Both the position numbers and the translations under genes were made by a program. Of a stretch of 41,427 bases of DNA, positions 23,441 to 31,862 are shown piece by piece. The stretch is from the IMG/VR virus record IMGVR_UViG_3300037313_000496, positions 1 to 41,427 of that record; one strand, given 5' to 3'. The DNA comes from a virus. The notes below the pieces were generated by a model. It was not told where the DNA came from and ran no database searches. It saw only the letters and a list, made by a program, of their open reading frames with translations. Positions within the stretch are counted from its first letter, which is position 1. Every line of letters starts with the position of its first letter.

Positions 23441-23614
23441 TGCGGAAAGATTGGCACATAATTGACACAGGATTCAGCCCCATGTTCTCCCCTCGTTCGC
23501 GTCCACCTACGGGACTCATGGGTGCGAAAATCTTGACGGGAGGCTCTGGGGGTAGCAGAACATACCGTGAACCCCTCCAGAGTCATTTCTGGGCGATTAC
23601 GGGCCGGTCTGTAT

Positions 23615-23908
23615 ATGGGCGTACGTCGATATTCTCAAAATCCCGTCTCCGCACGTCGGGAGAAGCTATTCGACCATTTGCAGAACCGCTGCCGATGGTA
23701 CGACGGGCTCGTGGTCGAGGAACTGCGCCGGGCCGGCATCCAGAAAGCAGAATGGGCCTGTCGGGAGTGCTGGCACACCGGGAAGGAATTCACGATCTGG
23801 AGCCTACCGCCGAAGGCGCGCGTCCAGGATCTCCGGCGCGGGCTCTATTGCTGCAAATGCGCAGCAAAGCGGCCCTATTTGAAGTTGAGCACAGAAGGAT
23901 ACGGGTGA
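23615..23908 (+). CDS. Hypothetical Zn-ribbon-like protein (97 aa; start uncertain)
   Basis: CRECWH...CCKC pairs. Weak RBS. More protein-like than the overlapping 158-aa ORF. Confidence 0.35.
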   Translation: MGVRRYSQNPVSARREKLFDHLQNRCRWYDGLVVEELRRAGIQKAEWACRECWHTGKEFTIWSLPPKARVQDLRRGLYCCKCAAKRPYLKLSTEGYG

Positions 23909-23912
23909 TCAG

Positions 23913-24107
23913 TTGACCGATCTTGAGGCGCTTCTGGCGGAATACAACCTTACACCCGGATCAACCGGCGCAAAGGCCAAGGGCTGTACCTGCGTCGAGC
24001 AAGACACCGCGACAGAGACTTATAGCGTGGACAATGATTGCCCAATCCACGGGATGGCTGCGTTGGCCGCCATCGTTGGAAATGGACCGAAGGAGGATGA
24101 CGAGTGA
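23913..24107 (+). CDS. Hypothetical protein (64 aa, TTG start)
   Basis: AAGGA upstream; acidic small protein. Confidence 0.3.
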   Translation: MTDLEALLAEYNLTPGSTGAKAKGCTCVEQDTATETYSVDNDCPIHGMAALAAIVGNGPKEDDE

Positions 24108-24230
24108 TCAATCAGATATTCCCTCTCCCCATCGCCAAGCTGGATGATAAGGGCCGCGTCTCTCGATTGGAGACGACAGACAGGATCAGGGCACCGGTTG
24201 TCGTGCGGCGGGTAGTATCACGCAATGAGG

Positions 24231-24536
24231 CTAAGCCTTCTCGCCGTACTCCAACTCCAAAATGAGCTTGCAGAAATGCAGGGCCTTGCGCACGTCGTCA
24301 GCGCCGCCCTTATCCTTGTAGCGCGATAGATATTTGATTGCGCATGCTGGCATGAACTCTATGCCGTTGGCGTGAATATATTCGACAGGCTGGATTTTGT
24401 ATTTCTTGTAGTGGTCGCCGCCGACTTGCGTGGCCAAGGCATTTCCTTCCGGCACGCGCACTCCTTCCATGTCATCAAGACTGACCACTCGCCGTGGGTC
24501 GTTCCTGCCAATCTCGGTGATGGTAGCCATCCGCAC
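24231..24536 (-). CDS. DUF3310 (SaV-like) family protein
   Basis: QVGGDHYKKYKIQPVEYI....F..C.AIKYLSRYK.KGG..D.RKA.H resembles the recalled DUF3310 signature. Confidence 0.6.
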   Translation of the reverse strand: MRMATITEIGRNDPRRVVSLDDMEGVRVPEGNALATQVGGDHYKKYKIQPVEYIHANGIEFMPACAIKYLSRYKDKGGADDVRKALHFCKLILELEYGEKA

Positions 24537-24584
24537 CTCAAGAAATCTTCGGCTTCGTGAAGCCTGACAAATGCCGCTGTTTCC

Positions 24585-24770
24585 TCAAGCGGCATCGGAA
24601 TCTTTGAACTTCCGGTGAACGAGAATTTCAGCGGCGAGCAAATCAATCATGTTCTCTTCAAGGGCCATGAAGATAGCATTCCCCTGCGCATTCGTCGCTC
24701 TGAGTTGAGGCTTACCCGCCGTATCCACAATGGCGATGACAATCGGTGTGAACTCGCGCGGGACACTCAT
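24585..24770 (-). CDS. Hypothetical protein (61 aa; start trimmed)
   Basis: AGGAG 6 nt before the ATG at 24770. Confidence 0.45.
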   Translation of the reverse strand: MSVPREFTPIVIAIVDTAGKPQLRATNAQGNAIFMALEENMIDLLAAEILVHRKFKDSDAA

Positions 24771-24778
24771 CGAGACTC

Positions 24779-25132
24779 CTAAAACGCTTTGGGATCGAAG
24801 CCATGGGCGCGGCAGACTTGCGCGGCCCATCTGTTGAATGCCGCCGAGTGCTCGACCCCCGGCTTGCAGGTGCCGGTGTGGCGCTCGTGAACGTGGATCA
24901 TCTCGTGCGCGAGCGTTTCAATCAGCGTGACGGTTTGGCCGACAAGCGCGCGGGATACCGCTATCTCGTGACGCTGGCCGTCGAAGGTGTGCCAGCCGAA
25001 GTGCTGCTTACTATCGGCAACCCGGAATTTAACGTCTTCCCCGCTTGGGAGATTCCAGCGATTAAACGGAGGCGTTTCGCACAGAAACTCATAGGCGGCC
25101 CGCAATGCGTCGGGCGTGATTGCTAGTGCCAT
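24779..25132 (-). CDS. SprT-like zinc metalloprotease domain protein
   Basis: HEMIHVHE (HExxH) in a ~117-aa protein with a SprT-like layout. Confidence 0.55.
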   Translation of the reverse strand: MALAITPDALRAAYEFLCETPPFNRWNLPSGEDVKFRVADSKQHFGWHTFDGQRHEIAVSRALVGQTVTLIETLAHEMIHVHERHTGTCKPGVEHSAAFNRWAAQVCRAHGFDPKAF

Positions 25133-25865
25133 TCTTCTTGACTGACCCGGTGAACCAATGGCCGCAGTCCTGACAGTGCAGGCGCGGTGTTTTGCGCGTC
25201 TTGGCGACGTTGAAGCCGCGCTGCTGGGTGTGTGTAGAACTACACACCGGACAGCCGGGACGCTCTGTGTAGGTGGTGAGAGCGGGATGATTGGAAGCCC
25301 ACGGCTTCAGCTTCTCATAGACCCGCTCTAGGAGATGCACGTCCTGCGCATTGTAGCGGCGCATGGTCCGCCATGACTTAGCATCGCCGCGCATACAGCC
25401 GAGCCAGAGGTCTTTGCCGGTGTGCGGAAGCTTGCGGCCGACCTGAAGATAGCGGCCGATGTTGTCCAGCTTGTTGCTATCGAACTTGAAATGCCGCCTT
25501 GCGATCTTCAGTGTATCGACGGTTTTGAATGGTGACGGCGGCTTGTAACCGTGAACCAACAGGCGCGCGTTGATCTTCTTGAAGTCGAAACTGTCGCCGT
25601 TGTGCGCGACCAGAATATCCGCGCCGTCGAGATCGGCCCAAAGGTCCGCCAGCAGCGCCTTGTCGGACTTCTTGTTGCGCGCGTAGCCGGGATAGTCACA
25701 TAGCGCCCGAGTCGTCACCCGGCTTTGTCCTACCCACTTGATGGCATAGCAAAGCAAGTAGGTCGGTTCGTTGACGTGGATCACGTTTGCTTCAAACATG
25801 GTCCAGACCAAGGCGTCTATCGGTGCGGTTTCCACGTCAATGAAGGCAATGCGCGGTTCTGCCAA
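25089..25865 (-). CDS. DnaQ/RNase H-fold 3'-5' exonuclease with C-terminal zinc ribbon
   Basis: IAFIDVETAP (Exo I), VAHNGDSFDF (Exo II-like), YNAQDV (Exo III-like), and CPVC...CQDC at the C-terminus. Confidence 0.6.
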   Translation of the reverse strand: MAEPRIAFIDVETAPIDALVWTMFEANVIHVNEPTYLLCYAIKWVGQSRVTTRALCDYPGYARNKKSDKALLADLWADLDGADILVAHNGDSFDFKKINARLLVHGYKPPSPFKTVDTLKIARRHFKFDSNKLDNIGRYLQVGRKLPHTGKDLWLGCMRGDAKSWRTMRRYNAQDVHLLERVYEKLKPWASNHPALTTYTERPGCPVCSSTHTQQRGFNVAKTRKTPRLHCQDCGHWFTGSVKKNGTSNHARRIAGRL

Positions 25866-25872
25866 TAGCCAC

Positions 25873-26052
25873 CTATGCGTTTCTGTAGATGATCTGATGC
25901 TTGCAGGGCTTCATGTACGGAGCGCCGGCAACTGACATGCCGGGAACAGCGCAGTACGATATTGATGATTTGGGAGAAGGCTTCGGGGCGGTCAGATGGA
26001 CATAGGCAAGAGCGGCTAGTGTTGCGACCACAACCGCTGCCGTGAACTTCAT
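25873..26052 (-). CDS. Possible secreted small protein (59 aa; below ORF-track cutoff)
   Basis: MKFTAAVVVATLAALAYV is signal-peptide-like. Weak RBS. Confidence 0.3.
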   Translation of the reverse strand: MKFTAAVVVATLAALAYVHLTAPKPSPKSSISYCAVPGMSVAGAPYMKPCKHQIIYRNA

Positions 26053-26149
26053 GGCTCTTTGCGAATGAGCCGTTTGATTTCCATAGACACGGCCTTTCGG
26101 CGGAGTCTGTTATTCGGTAGTCTAACGGGGCACATTTTCGGATGACCAC

Positions 26150-26839
26150 ATGCCAAAGCTGATCGACCTAGTAGGACGAAAATTCCACAGACTTTCTGTC
26201 ATTGCTCATCTCAGTGGGAGGAAGGTAGCAAGCACTTGGCTATGCATTTGTGATTGCGGGAACGAGATAGAGGCGACGGGCAACAACCTAAAATCCGGCA
26301 ATACAAACTCTTGTGGTTGTTGGAAACGCGATCAAATTCGTTCAGCGCAAAAAACCCACGGGATGACATCTAGCGCCGAATACCACTCGTGGAGCGGCAT
26401 GAATGCGCGCTGTTACAATACAAAGAACCCGAAGTATCCCAACTATGGGGAAAGGGGCATTCGTGTGTGCGAACGATGGCGCGCGGGAGACGGCGCAAAG
26501 TCGGGCTTTGAGTGCTTCTTTGAAGATGTCGGGCCGCGCCCATCAACTCGACATTCTATAGACCGCATCAATGTTGACGGTGACTATGATCCGTCCAATG
26601 TGCGTTGGGCTACTACGGTCCAACAGAACAATAATCGCCGTCACCACCGGATGGTTCGATACAAGGGCGAAGCCATGTCTATCTCGCAGGCCGCGAAGCT
26701 TGCAGGCATGTCTATCCCGGGCGCATTAGCCATCAATCGGTACGATAAGGGGTGGTCGGTTGAAGACGCCGTCAGCATTCCAGTTGACCCTGCAATCAGT
26801 GCGGCGAGACTTGCTTCGATCCGCGCAAAAGGTTCTTGA
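26150..26839 (+). CDS. HNH/AP2-like homing-endonuclease-type protein, low G+C, counter-oriented
   Basis: L.GRKF.RL.VI....W.C.CDCGN.....NLKSGNT.SCGC ... YGERGI.VC.RW ... SIDRINVDGDYDPSNVRWAT..QQNNN pattern, recalled from phage HNH-like proteins. Hand count of 26161-26360 gives about 47-48% G+C. Confidence 0.5.
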   Translation: MPKLIDLVGRKFHRLSVIAHLSGRKVASTWLCICDCGNEIEATGNNLKSGNTNSCGCWKRDQIRSAQKTHGMTSSAEYHSWSGMNARCYNTKNPKYPNYGERGIRVCERWRAGDGAKSGFECFFEDVGPRPSTRHSIDRINVDGDYDPSNVRWATTVQQNNNRRHHRMVRYKGEAMSISQAAKLAGMSIPGALAINRYDKGWSVEDAVSIPVDPAISAARLASIRAKGS

Positions 26840-27065
26840 TTTCGTTCACCCCATCCCTGACGAATTCGATATTGACCTCAAGGCGGGTGATGCGGTCGGC
26901 TTGTGGGGCGGTTGCGTCCTGCCGCTTCTCAAGAACAGAAACGCGCTCCGTCAGGCTTGATGCCCACCAGACGATTCCAATAGTTTGGATGACAATGGTG
27001 AGGATCAAGGCCAACGGGACACGGCGGTCTAGGTGCCATTGCTCGTCGTGATCGCGGGCACTCAT
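26796..27065 (-). CDS. i-spanin-like protein (N-terminal TM plus coiled coil)
   Basis: ATGA overlap with the holin stop. TM helix VPLALILTIVIQTIGIVWWA followed by a helical region. Confidence 0.5.
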   Translation of the reverse strand: MSARDHDEQWHLDRRVPLALILTIVIQTIGIVWWASSLTERVSVLEKRQDATAPQADRITRLEVNIEFVRDGVNEIKNLLRGSKQVSPH

Positions 27066-27460
27066 TTCTTGCCAGCCACGGCTTTGGCAATATCAACGCC
27101 GGACTTGCCGAGAATGTACGCGCCGATGCCGTAAGCGGACAGCGACCAAAGTTGCTCCGGGATCGCCGTGACTGCCTTGATCGTCGCATCCTGAAGGCCG
27201 AAGATCGGAGCAATGACAACCCACGTCATCATCGCGAGGCACCAATAGACCGTCATCGGGCGCGCGTTGCGGGTCATCCAGCCTTCGCTTGCCGCGTCAG
27301 CAACCATCACGTCTTTCATCGCGTTGGTAAGCTGCCCCTGACTTTCGATCAGCAGTTTGGTAATCTCTTGCTGGATTTCCATTCGCTTGTTCGCGTCTGG
27401 AACGGCCCTGCCGATGATGTTGATGATTGAGGGGACCAGCCCCAGTAGCGCCTCAAGCAC
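27062..27460 (-). CDS. Holin, 3-TM family (GTA-type)
   Basis: GTG start 2 nt after the endolysin stop. N-terminal amphipathic helix plus a coiled segment, then TM helices. Resembles the recalled Holin-of-3TMs family. Confidence 0.55.
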   Translation of the reverse strand: MLEALLGLVPSIINIIGRAVPDANKRMEIQQEITKLLIESQGQLTNAMKDVMVADAASEGWMTRNARPMTVYWCLAMMTWVVIAPIFGLQDATIKAVTAIPEQLWSLSAYGIGAYILGKSGVDIAKAVAGKK

Positions 27461-27462
27461 GG

Positions 27463-28167
27463 CTATTTCCCCCTGAACAGCGCGACCAGCGCCTTGATGA
27501 GAGCAACAAAAAACCCGCCTGTCGGGGCGGGCTGCGGAACGGGATCGGCTTCCGGCGCTGGGCCGGGCTTTGGAATATCGGGCGGCGGCAATGGCGCGGC
27601 CTGCCCGTCAAACCTAATGGACGGGTCAAGCGCCTGCATCGCGAGGATCAGCCCAGCGCAACCTAACTGCTTATCGACAATGCTGGGATCGAACTTGCCA
27701 TCGGCAACATATTTGCCTTTGACGTATTGATCGGTACCGGACCACACATAGGGCGATGGAATGCCGCGATTGGCATAGCCAAGGCCGTTATATTGTTCGA
27801 GCAAGGTCATGGTCCCGGCCGGCGACCAGTCCTTCCATTTGCTCGCATAAGGCGGGCACACCGAGAGAGCATCGATCGCCGCGTCTTCCCAACTCTTGAA
27901 CGGTCCCCTGCCCTTGGGAACGTGAACCGAGACCTTATTCCAAGGATCGCCCTGCGCCAGACTGCGCGAGAAGTCCTGCGAGGATTCCCGCTGATGAATG
28001 ACGGCGATCACGAACCACGGCACGCCAGACTTGGCGGAGACGATGCTGTAACGTGACTTTGCGGCGACGAGGCTTTTGGCGACGGCCTTCAGCTCAGAGC
28101 CGCGCGTGATCTTGGCTGCTTTCCATCGCTCGCCGTTCTTTTTGGTGAGCGCAGCAAGGTCAGCCAT
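27463..28167 (-). CDS. Endolysin (lysozyme-family, COG5526-like) with Pro-rich linker and C-terminal hydrophobic helix
   Basis: Start trimmed to the ATG at 28167 (TAATG overlap). VIHQRESS...QGDPW motif. The tail reads PLPPPDIPKPGPAPEADPVPQPAPTGGFFVALIKALVALFRGK. Confidence 0.6.
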   Translation of the reverse strand: MADLAALTKKNGERWKAAKITRGSELKAVAKSLVAAKSRYSIVSAKSGVPWFVIAVIHQRESSQDFSRSLAQGDPWNKVSVHVPKGRGPFKSWEDAAIDALSVCPPYASKWKDWSPAGTMTLLEQYNGLGYANRGIPSPYVWSGTDQYVKGKYVADGKFDPSIVDKQLGCAGLILAMQALDPSIRFDGQAAPLPPPDIPKPGPAPEADPVPQPAPTGGFFVALIKALVALFRGK

Positions 28168-28340
28168 TACAGCAGAACCTTCAGACCGGACGCCATCGAG
28201 CAAATGGCTCCGGTGCCCGCGAGCGAGAACCAAGTGACGGCTCTGAGGTCATATTCCTCGTGATGAATCCGGTAGTCGTTCAGCACAAACAGGAGGATCG
28301 CCGCCCCGAAAAGGACAGCGACAATGGCGAGGATGGACAT
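28167..28340 (-). CDS. Small two-TM membrane protein (57 aa), holin/antiholin candidate
   Basis: GGAGG RBS, then MSILAIVAVLFGAAILLFVL...WFSLAGTGAICSMA. Coupled to the endolysin by a TAATG overlap. Below the ORF-track cutoff. Confidence 0.55.
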   Translation of the reverse strand: MSILAIVAVLFGAAILLFVLNDYRIHHEEYDLRAVTWFSLAGTGAICSMASGLKVLL

Positions 28341-28422
28341 TTAAAGCCTCCGGTAGACCACCTTGCACTTTCAATCGCAGGGTGGTTGAATCAGGCGTTG
28401 CTACCGCAGGGAGGGATGACCC

Positions 28423-28608
28423 ATGGGTGCGGATAGAGACGCGGCGTTAGCGGTGATGGAGATGGCTGCAAATATGACAGCGGCCATTATTCGCGCCGAT
28501 AAGGCGATAGACACGCATGGTCGAGGTTACGCTTCAGCGGCGATGGCAGTTTACGACCAATTGCACAGTCATCTCATATACCGCTATGAGCACAGCCAGA
28601 GACGATAG
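28423..28608 (+). CDS. Hypothetical protein (61 aa), counter-oriented in the late region
   Basis: GGGAGGGA RBS 6 nt before the ATG. Confidence 0.45.
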   Translation: MGADRDAALAVMEMAANMTAAIIRADKAIDTHGRGYASAAMAVYDQLHSHLIYRYEHSQRR

Positions 28609-28725
28609 GTCAGGCGCCGCCAAACAACCCTGCCAGACCGTTGAAGAGAATGACGAGCATCGCAACAGTCATCAGTAGGTCAAGAATCAGTAGCCTTACC
28701 TGAACACGGTTTCTGCTTTTTGATA

Positions 28726-30789
28726 TCACGGCACGATCAACTCAACGCAATAGCCTTCAAGATTCACCGACTCCGCGCTGTTAGTCAGTTGGCCGGTGAT
28801 GACAAGGTCAATCGCGCCCGTGGTGTCCTGGGAGGCGGTGTTGATTGTGCCGGTGCCTAGACCGGATGATACGGTCATGCCGCAAACCTGTGAGTTCGTC
28901 GCGTTCCGGTTCTGAACGAAGCATTCCGAACCGAAGGCTGCCGTCGTCGTGACGCTCTGCGATGAGCAAACCGTTCCAGAGCTTCCGCCCCAACGGACAC
29001 GAAGTGATTTGCTGTTGGCGCTGTTGGTGTAACTCCAATGCGTCAGAATCCGCAGACGACCATTCGCGCCCATCGAGTTTGCGGGAATGCTGATTGTCGC
29101 CAGAACAAACTCTGCCGTATCGCCGGTATGGGTGACTTGAACGCCAGATGACGCGAGGACGTATGGCACCTTGAGCGCGGCAGCAGCGGCCCGCGCGGTC
29201 GCCGCCCCGGTACCGCCACGAGCCACGGCCAGTGTGCCAGCAGACACATTGCCCGCATCAAGCCCGGTGATGTTTGCGCCGTCCCCGTAAAAGCCGGTGC
29301 CGCTGTAAATCTTCTTAGCCGCCGCAATGCCGCCCGCAGACTTGAGCGGCGCGCTCGTGGACGATGCCGCATCGGTCGTATCGGCAATGGCGACCGTGTT
29401 CCCGCTCGCGACCGTAATAAGACCGGAAGATAGCGACAGTTGATTCGTGCTTGAGCCGTTATCGCCACTGAGGTTGAGTGTGTTCGCAGCGATACCAAGA
29501 GCGGCATAGCCAGCAACGGCCCCGGCCGAATAGGTAACCGACTGCAAAGACGGCGCGCTGCCCACAGAGGTCCATCGCCACCCCTTGCCGGACGTAGCTG
29601 TCCCGCTGGTGAGACCCGTCATCGAATCCGCCGTGAGCGGTGCGCCGTTTATCGCGGTCGGCGCAATCGCCGCAATGCCAGCGCTTGTTACTTGGAAAGA
29701 GGCCGTGCCAGACGACCCGAGATACACAGAGCTGCCGTAGAGCGCCAGAACCCGATAGCTGTCTTGCGCTTTGTTCGTCGCCTCAATGCGAACCTGGCTG
29801 CTGAGGTAGGCCGATCGAACACCGTTGTCAGCCTCAACAAGCCATTGCATGGGGGACGTTAGCGGCGCCCCGCTCGCGGCAAACGACCCGCCTAGCGCCA
29901 GACTGCCGGGCGTGGTGTAGTCGTAAACGCCGTAAGTCTCCGTTTCGCCGGCCGCATCTCCTGGGAAATATGTTGCAGATGCTCCGCTATCTCCAAGATC
30001 GATAAACCCGTTGTTATGAACAAGGTAGCGCTTCCCGGTAGCGGAGCCGGAATAGGTCTGGCCGATACACTGAGCCATCCCCGGCCCCGCAACGCCAATG
30101 AAGAAACTCGAAAACGCCGGGGTGCCGGTGATCGTGACCGTGTTTGAACTATTGAGAATCTTGCCGCCCTGCGCGGCGTGCATGTGCGCGACGGCGCCGC
30201 CCGTGATTGCGTAATTGCCCGTGGACTCGCAGTGCCCCCCCTGAAAAATGTTCATGTGGAATCCGGCGCAGGCGCCGAACCGAACATTTTGGTAGAAAAC
30301 CTTGCCGGCTCTCACGACATAGAAGCAATCACCAAGCGTCGTGGTGCGAAGTTCGAGGTCTTTGACCGTTACAACAGCGCCATCTTGTACTTGAATTGCA
30401 TTCGCGCTTGTCGTGGAAATGATGACATTCGCTGGAGTAGCCGCGTTGCCCTTGATGACCACGGAGGAACCCGGCGCGCCGGCCCATACACGGTCGCACA
30501 GACCTCCGGTCGTATAGGTGCCATCAGCCAGCTGTACCGTTGCGATAAATCCATTGAGATCAACCGCCGCAATCGCATCTAATGCCGCCTGAATGGTTGA
30601 ATAGGTTTGTCCACTCCCGACATTGTAGGTAGTGTTTGCAAGCAACCGTGGCCGCGTCTTGTTCAGAGCATCTTCTATGTCATCCATTACCGCATTGAAG
30701 TCGGCAGACTTTAGAGGAGTCAGCGCGACTGCGGGGCTGACAGTGTTGGATGGAAGGGTGTATGTCCCGGGCGTGCCGCTGCGAGGCAT
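28726..30789 (-). CDS. Tailspike/receptor-binding protein with predicted beta-helix (depolymerase-like) domain
   Basis: Start trimmed to the ATG at 30789 (AAGGAAACCTCA then ATG). YNVGSGQTYSTIQAALDAI is typical of pectate-lyase-fold proteins. G/T/S/A-rich body. Confidence 0.65.
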   Translation of the reverse strand: MPRSGTPGTYTLPSNTVSPAVALTPLKSADFNAVMDDIEDALNKTRPRLLANTTYNVGSGQTYSTIQAALDAIAAVDLNGFIATVQLADGTYTTGGLCDRVWAGAPGSSVVIKGNAATPANVIISTTSANAIQVQDGAVVTVKDLELRTTTLGDCFYVVRAGKVFYQNVRFGACAGFHMNIFQGGHCESTGNYAITGGAVAHMHAAQGGKILNSSNTVTITGTPAFSSFFIGVAGPGMAQCIGQTYSGSATGKRYLVHNNGFIDLGDSGASATYFPGDAAGETETYGVYDYTTPGSLALGGSFAASGAPLTSPMQWLVEADNGVRSAYLSSQVRIEATNKAQDSYRVLALYGSSVYLGSSGTASFQVTSAGIAAIAPTAINGAPLTADSMTGLTSGTATSGKGWRWTSVGSAPSLQSVTYSAGAVAGYAALGIAANTLNLSGDNGSSTNQLSLSSGLITVASGNTVAIADTTDAASSTSAPLKSAGGIAAAKKIYSGTGFYGDGANITGLDAGNVSAGTLAVARGGTGAATARAAAAALKVPYVLASSGVQVTHTGDTAEFVLATISIPANSMGANGRLRILTHWSYTNSANSKSLRVRWGGSSGTVCSSQSVTTTAAFGSECFVQNRNATNSQVCGMTVSSGLGTGTINTASQDTTGAIDLVITGQLTNSAESVNLEGYCVELIVP

Positions 30790-30797
30790 TGAGGTTT

Positions 30798-30830
30798 CCT
30801 TGAATGCAAAAACCCGCCACGATGGGCGGG
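30798..30830 (-). terminator. 33-nt hairpin-T-tract-RBS cassette, copy 1 (identical to 31830-31862)
   Basis: Minus strand reads CCCGCC-catcgt-GGCGGG-TTTTTG-CATTCAAGG, immediately upstream of the tailspike ATG. Confidence 0.6.
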
Positions 30831-30854
30831 CGGACAATGCAATTTTGTTGGTGG

Positions 30855-31820
30855 CTAGACCTGACGGATTTGCACGTCGGTATAGATTTCTGTGCTGAAG
30901 TTCGCAGATGAGCCGAAGCCATCTGACGAGCGCGTTACTGCGACTTGATGCTGAATTTCCAAGACGGACTGCGACGACAGCGTAAAGCGGCCCCGTATCC
31001 GACTCTTGCTCCACACGCCGCCAGATGCGCTCTCGGAGAACTCTGACGTTCCCAAAAGAATGTCTGTCGAATGCGTCGTGTCGTAGAGCTTCGCTCTATG
31101 GCCCTTACAGATGCCGGCCGGGGCCTCGGCGTCGATTTCATATGTGCCAGCAGGCAGGGTGATCTGATTCGATGCGAGAGAAGCCCCCGCGATCTCATTG
31201 GTTACAGCGGTGTTGAGGGTTCGGGTTCGCCAAGCCCCGGACGTGGCCGTGCCGCCAGCCGTGCCGGGGCTTTTTTGATCCTGAACATGCAGGAGGCGTC
31301 GCGACACACTCAAAACGCCGGTTGATGTATCGAGCGTCAGGCTATCGCCAAAGGTACCCGCCTGGGGCACGCCAGTGCTGCCCGTATAGCGCACAACAAA
31401 TCGTCCGGCCGACAGATTCGCCATTTTCGCCAATGTCACACTAGCGTCGGTAATTGACGCGGTGACAACAGCGTTGGCGGGAATGGTAAGGGCGGTCGGG
31501 ACAAAGGTGCCGGTATATGTGAACGTCGTCGGTGTGATGTTGCCGACCTCCGAGCCGCCCGCCGAAATGCCGACCGTGTTCGCGGCCTTGCGGAAGAAGC
31601 CGGTATCAAGATCGCCGGAGAACGAAATGCCCGGCGCAGTCGCATCGCCGGCGGATGCCTTGAACTGGCCTGACATGACGGATTGGCCGTCGCGGGCAAG
31701 CGAGTTGGTAATTTCGTCGGCAATATCCGAAAAGTTCTCGTTGTGGTCTGATGCAGTAATGGTTTCGCCCGAACTAAATGTGTTCGGAATCACCATTGTT
31801 CCTGAGCCGTTTCGGGCCAT
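30855..31820 (-). CDS. Tail fibre protein
   Basis: Start trimmed to the ATG at 31820 (AAGGGATAGAGCG then ATG). N-terminus ARNGSGTMVIPNTFSSGETITASDHNENFSDIADEITNSLARDG is typical of phage fibre N-termini. Confidence 0.65.
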   Translation of the reverse strand: MARNGSGTMVIPNTFSSGETITASDHNENFSDIADEITNSLARDGQSVMSGQFKASAGDATAPGISFSGDLDTGFFRKAANTVGISAGGSEVGNITPTTFTYTGTFVPTALTIPANAVVTASITDASVTLAKMANLSAGRFVVRYTGSTGVPQAGTFGDSLTLDTSTGVLSVSRRLLHVQDQKSPGTAGGTATSGAWRTRTLNTAVTNEIAGASLASNQITLPAGTYEIDAEAPAGICKGHRAKLYDTTHSTDILLGTSEFSESASGGVWSKSRIRGRFTLSSQSVLEIQHQVAVTRSSDGFGSSANFSTEIYTDVQIRQV

Positions 31821-31829
31821 CGCTCTATC

Positions 31830-31862
31830 CCTTGAATGCAAAAACCCGCCACGATGGGCGGG
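31830..31862 (-). terminator. 33-nt hairpin-T-tract-RBS cassette, copy 2
   Basis: Exact 33-nt repeat of 30798-30830, immediately upstream of the tail fibre ATG. Confidence 0.6.

Noticed and set aside
23440-23916. 158-aa plus-strand ORF after attP
   Set aside because: R/G/S-rich off-frame-like composition. The overlapping frame (23615-23908) with Cys pairs looks more protein-like.
25817-26149. 110-aa minus-strand ORF upstream of the exonuclease gene
   Set aside because: C/R/S-rich, with no RBS. A 59-aa signal-peptide ORF in another frame (25873-26052) is a more plausible, though still weak, call.
26796-27219. Embedded o-spanin in an alternate frame of the i-spanin-like or holin genes (e.g. 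ORF 26929-27219)
   Set aside because: The alternate-frame peptides lack a signal sequence and a lipobox Cys.
30790-31014. N-terminal 75-codon extension of the tailspike ORF overlapping the fibre gene
   Set aside because: The extension reads through the terminator/RBS cassette and the fibre 3' end with junk-like sequence. The ATG at 30789 has a proper SD and mirrors the fibre gene start.
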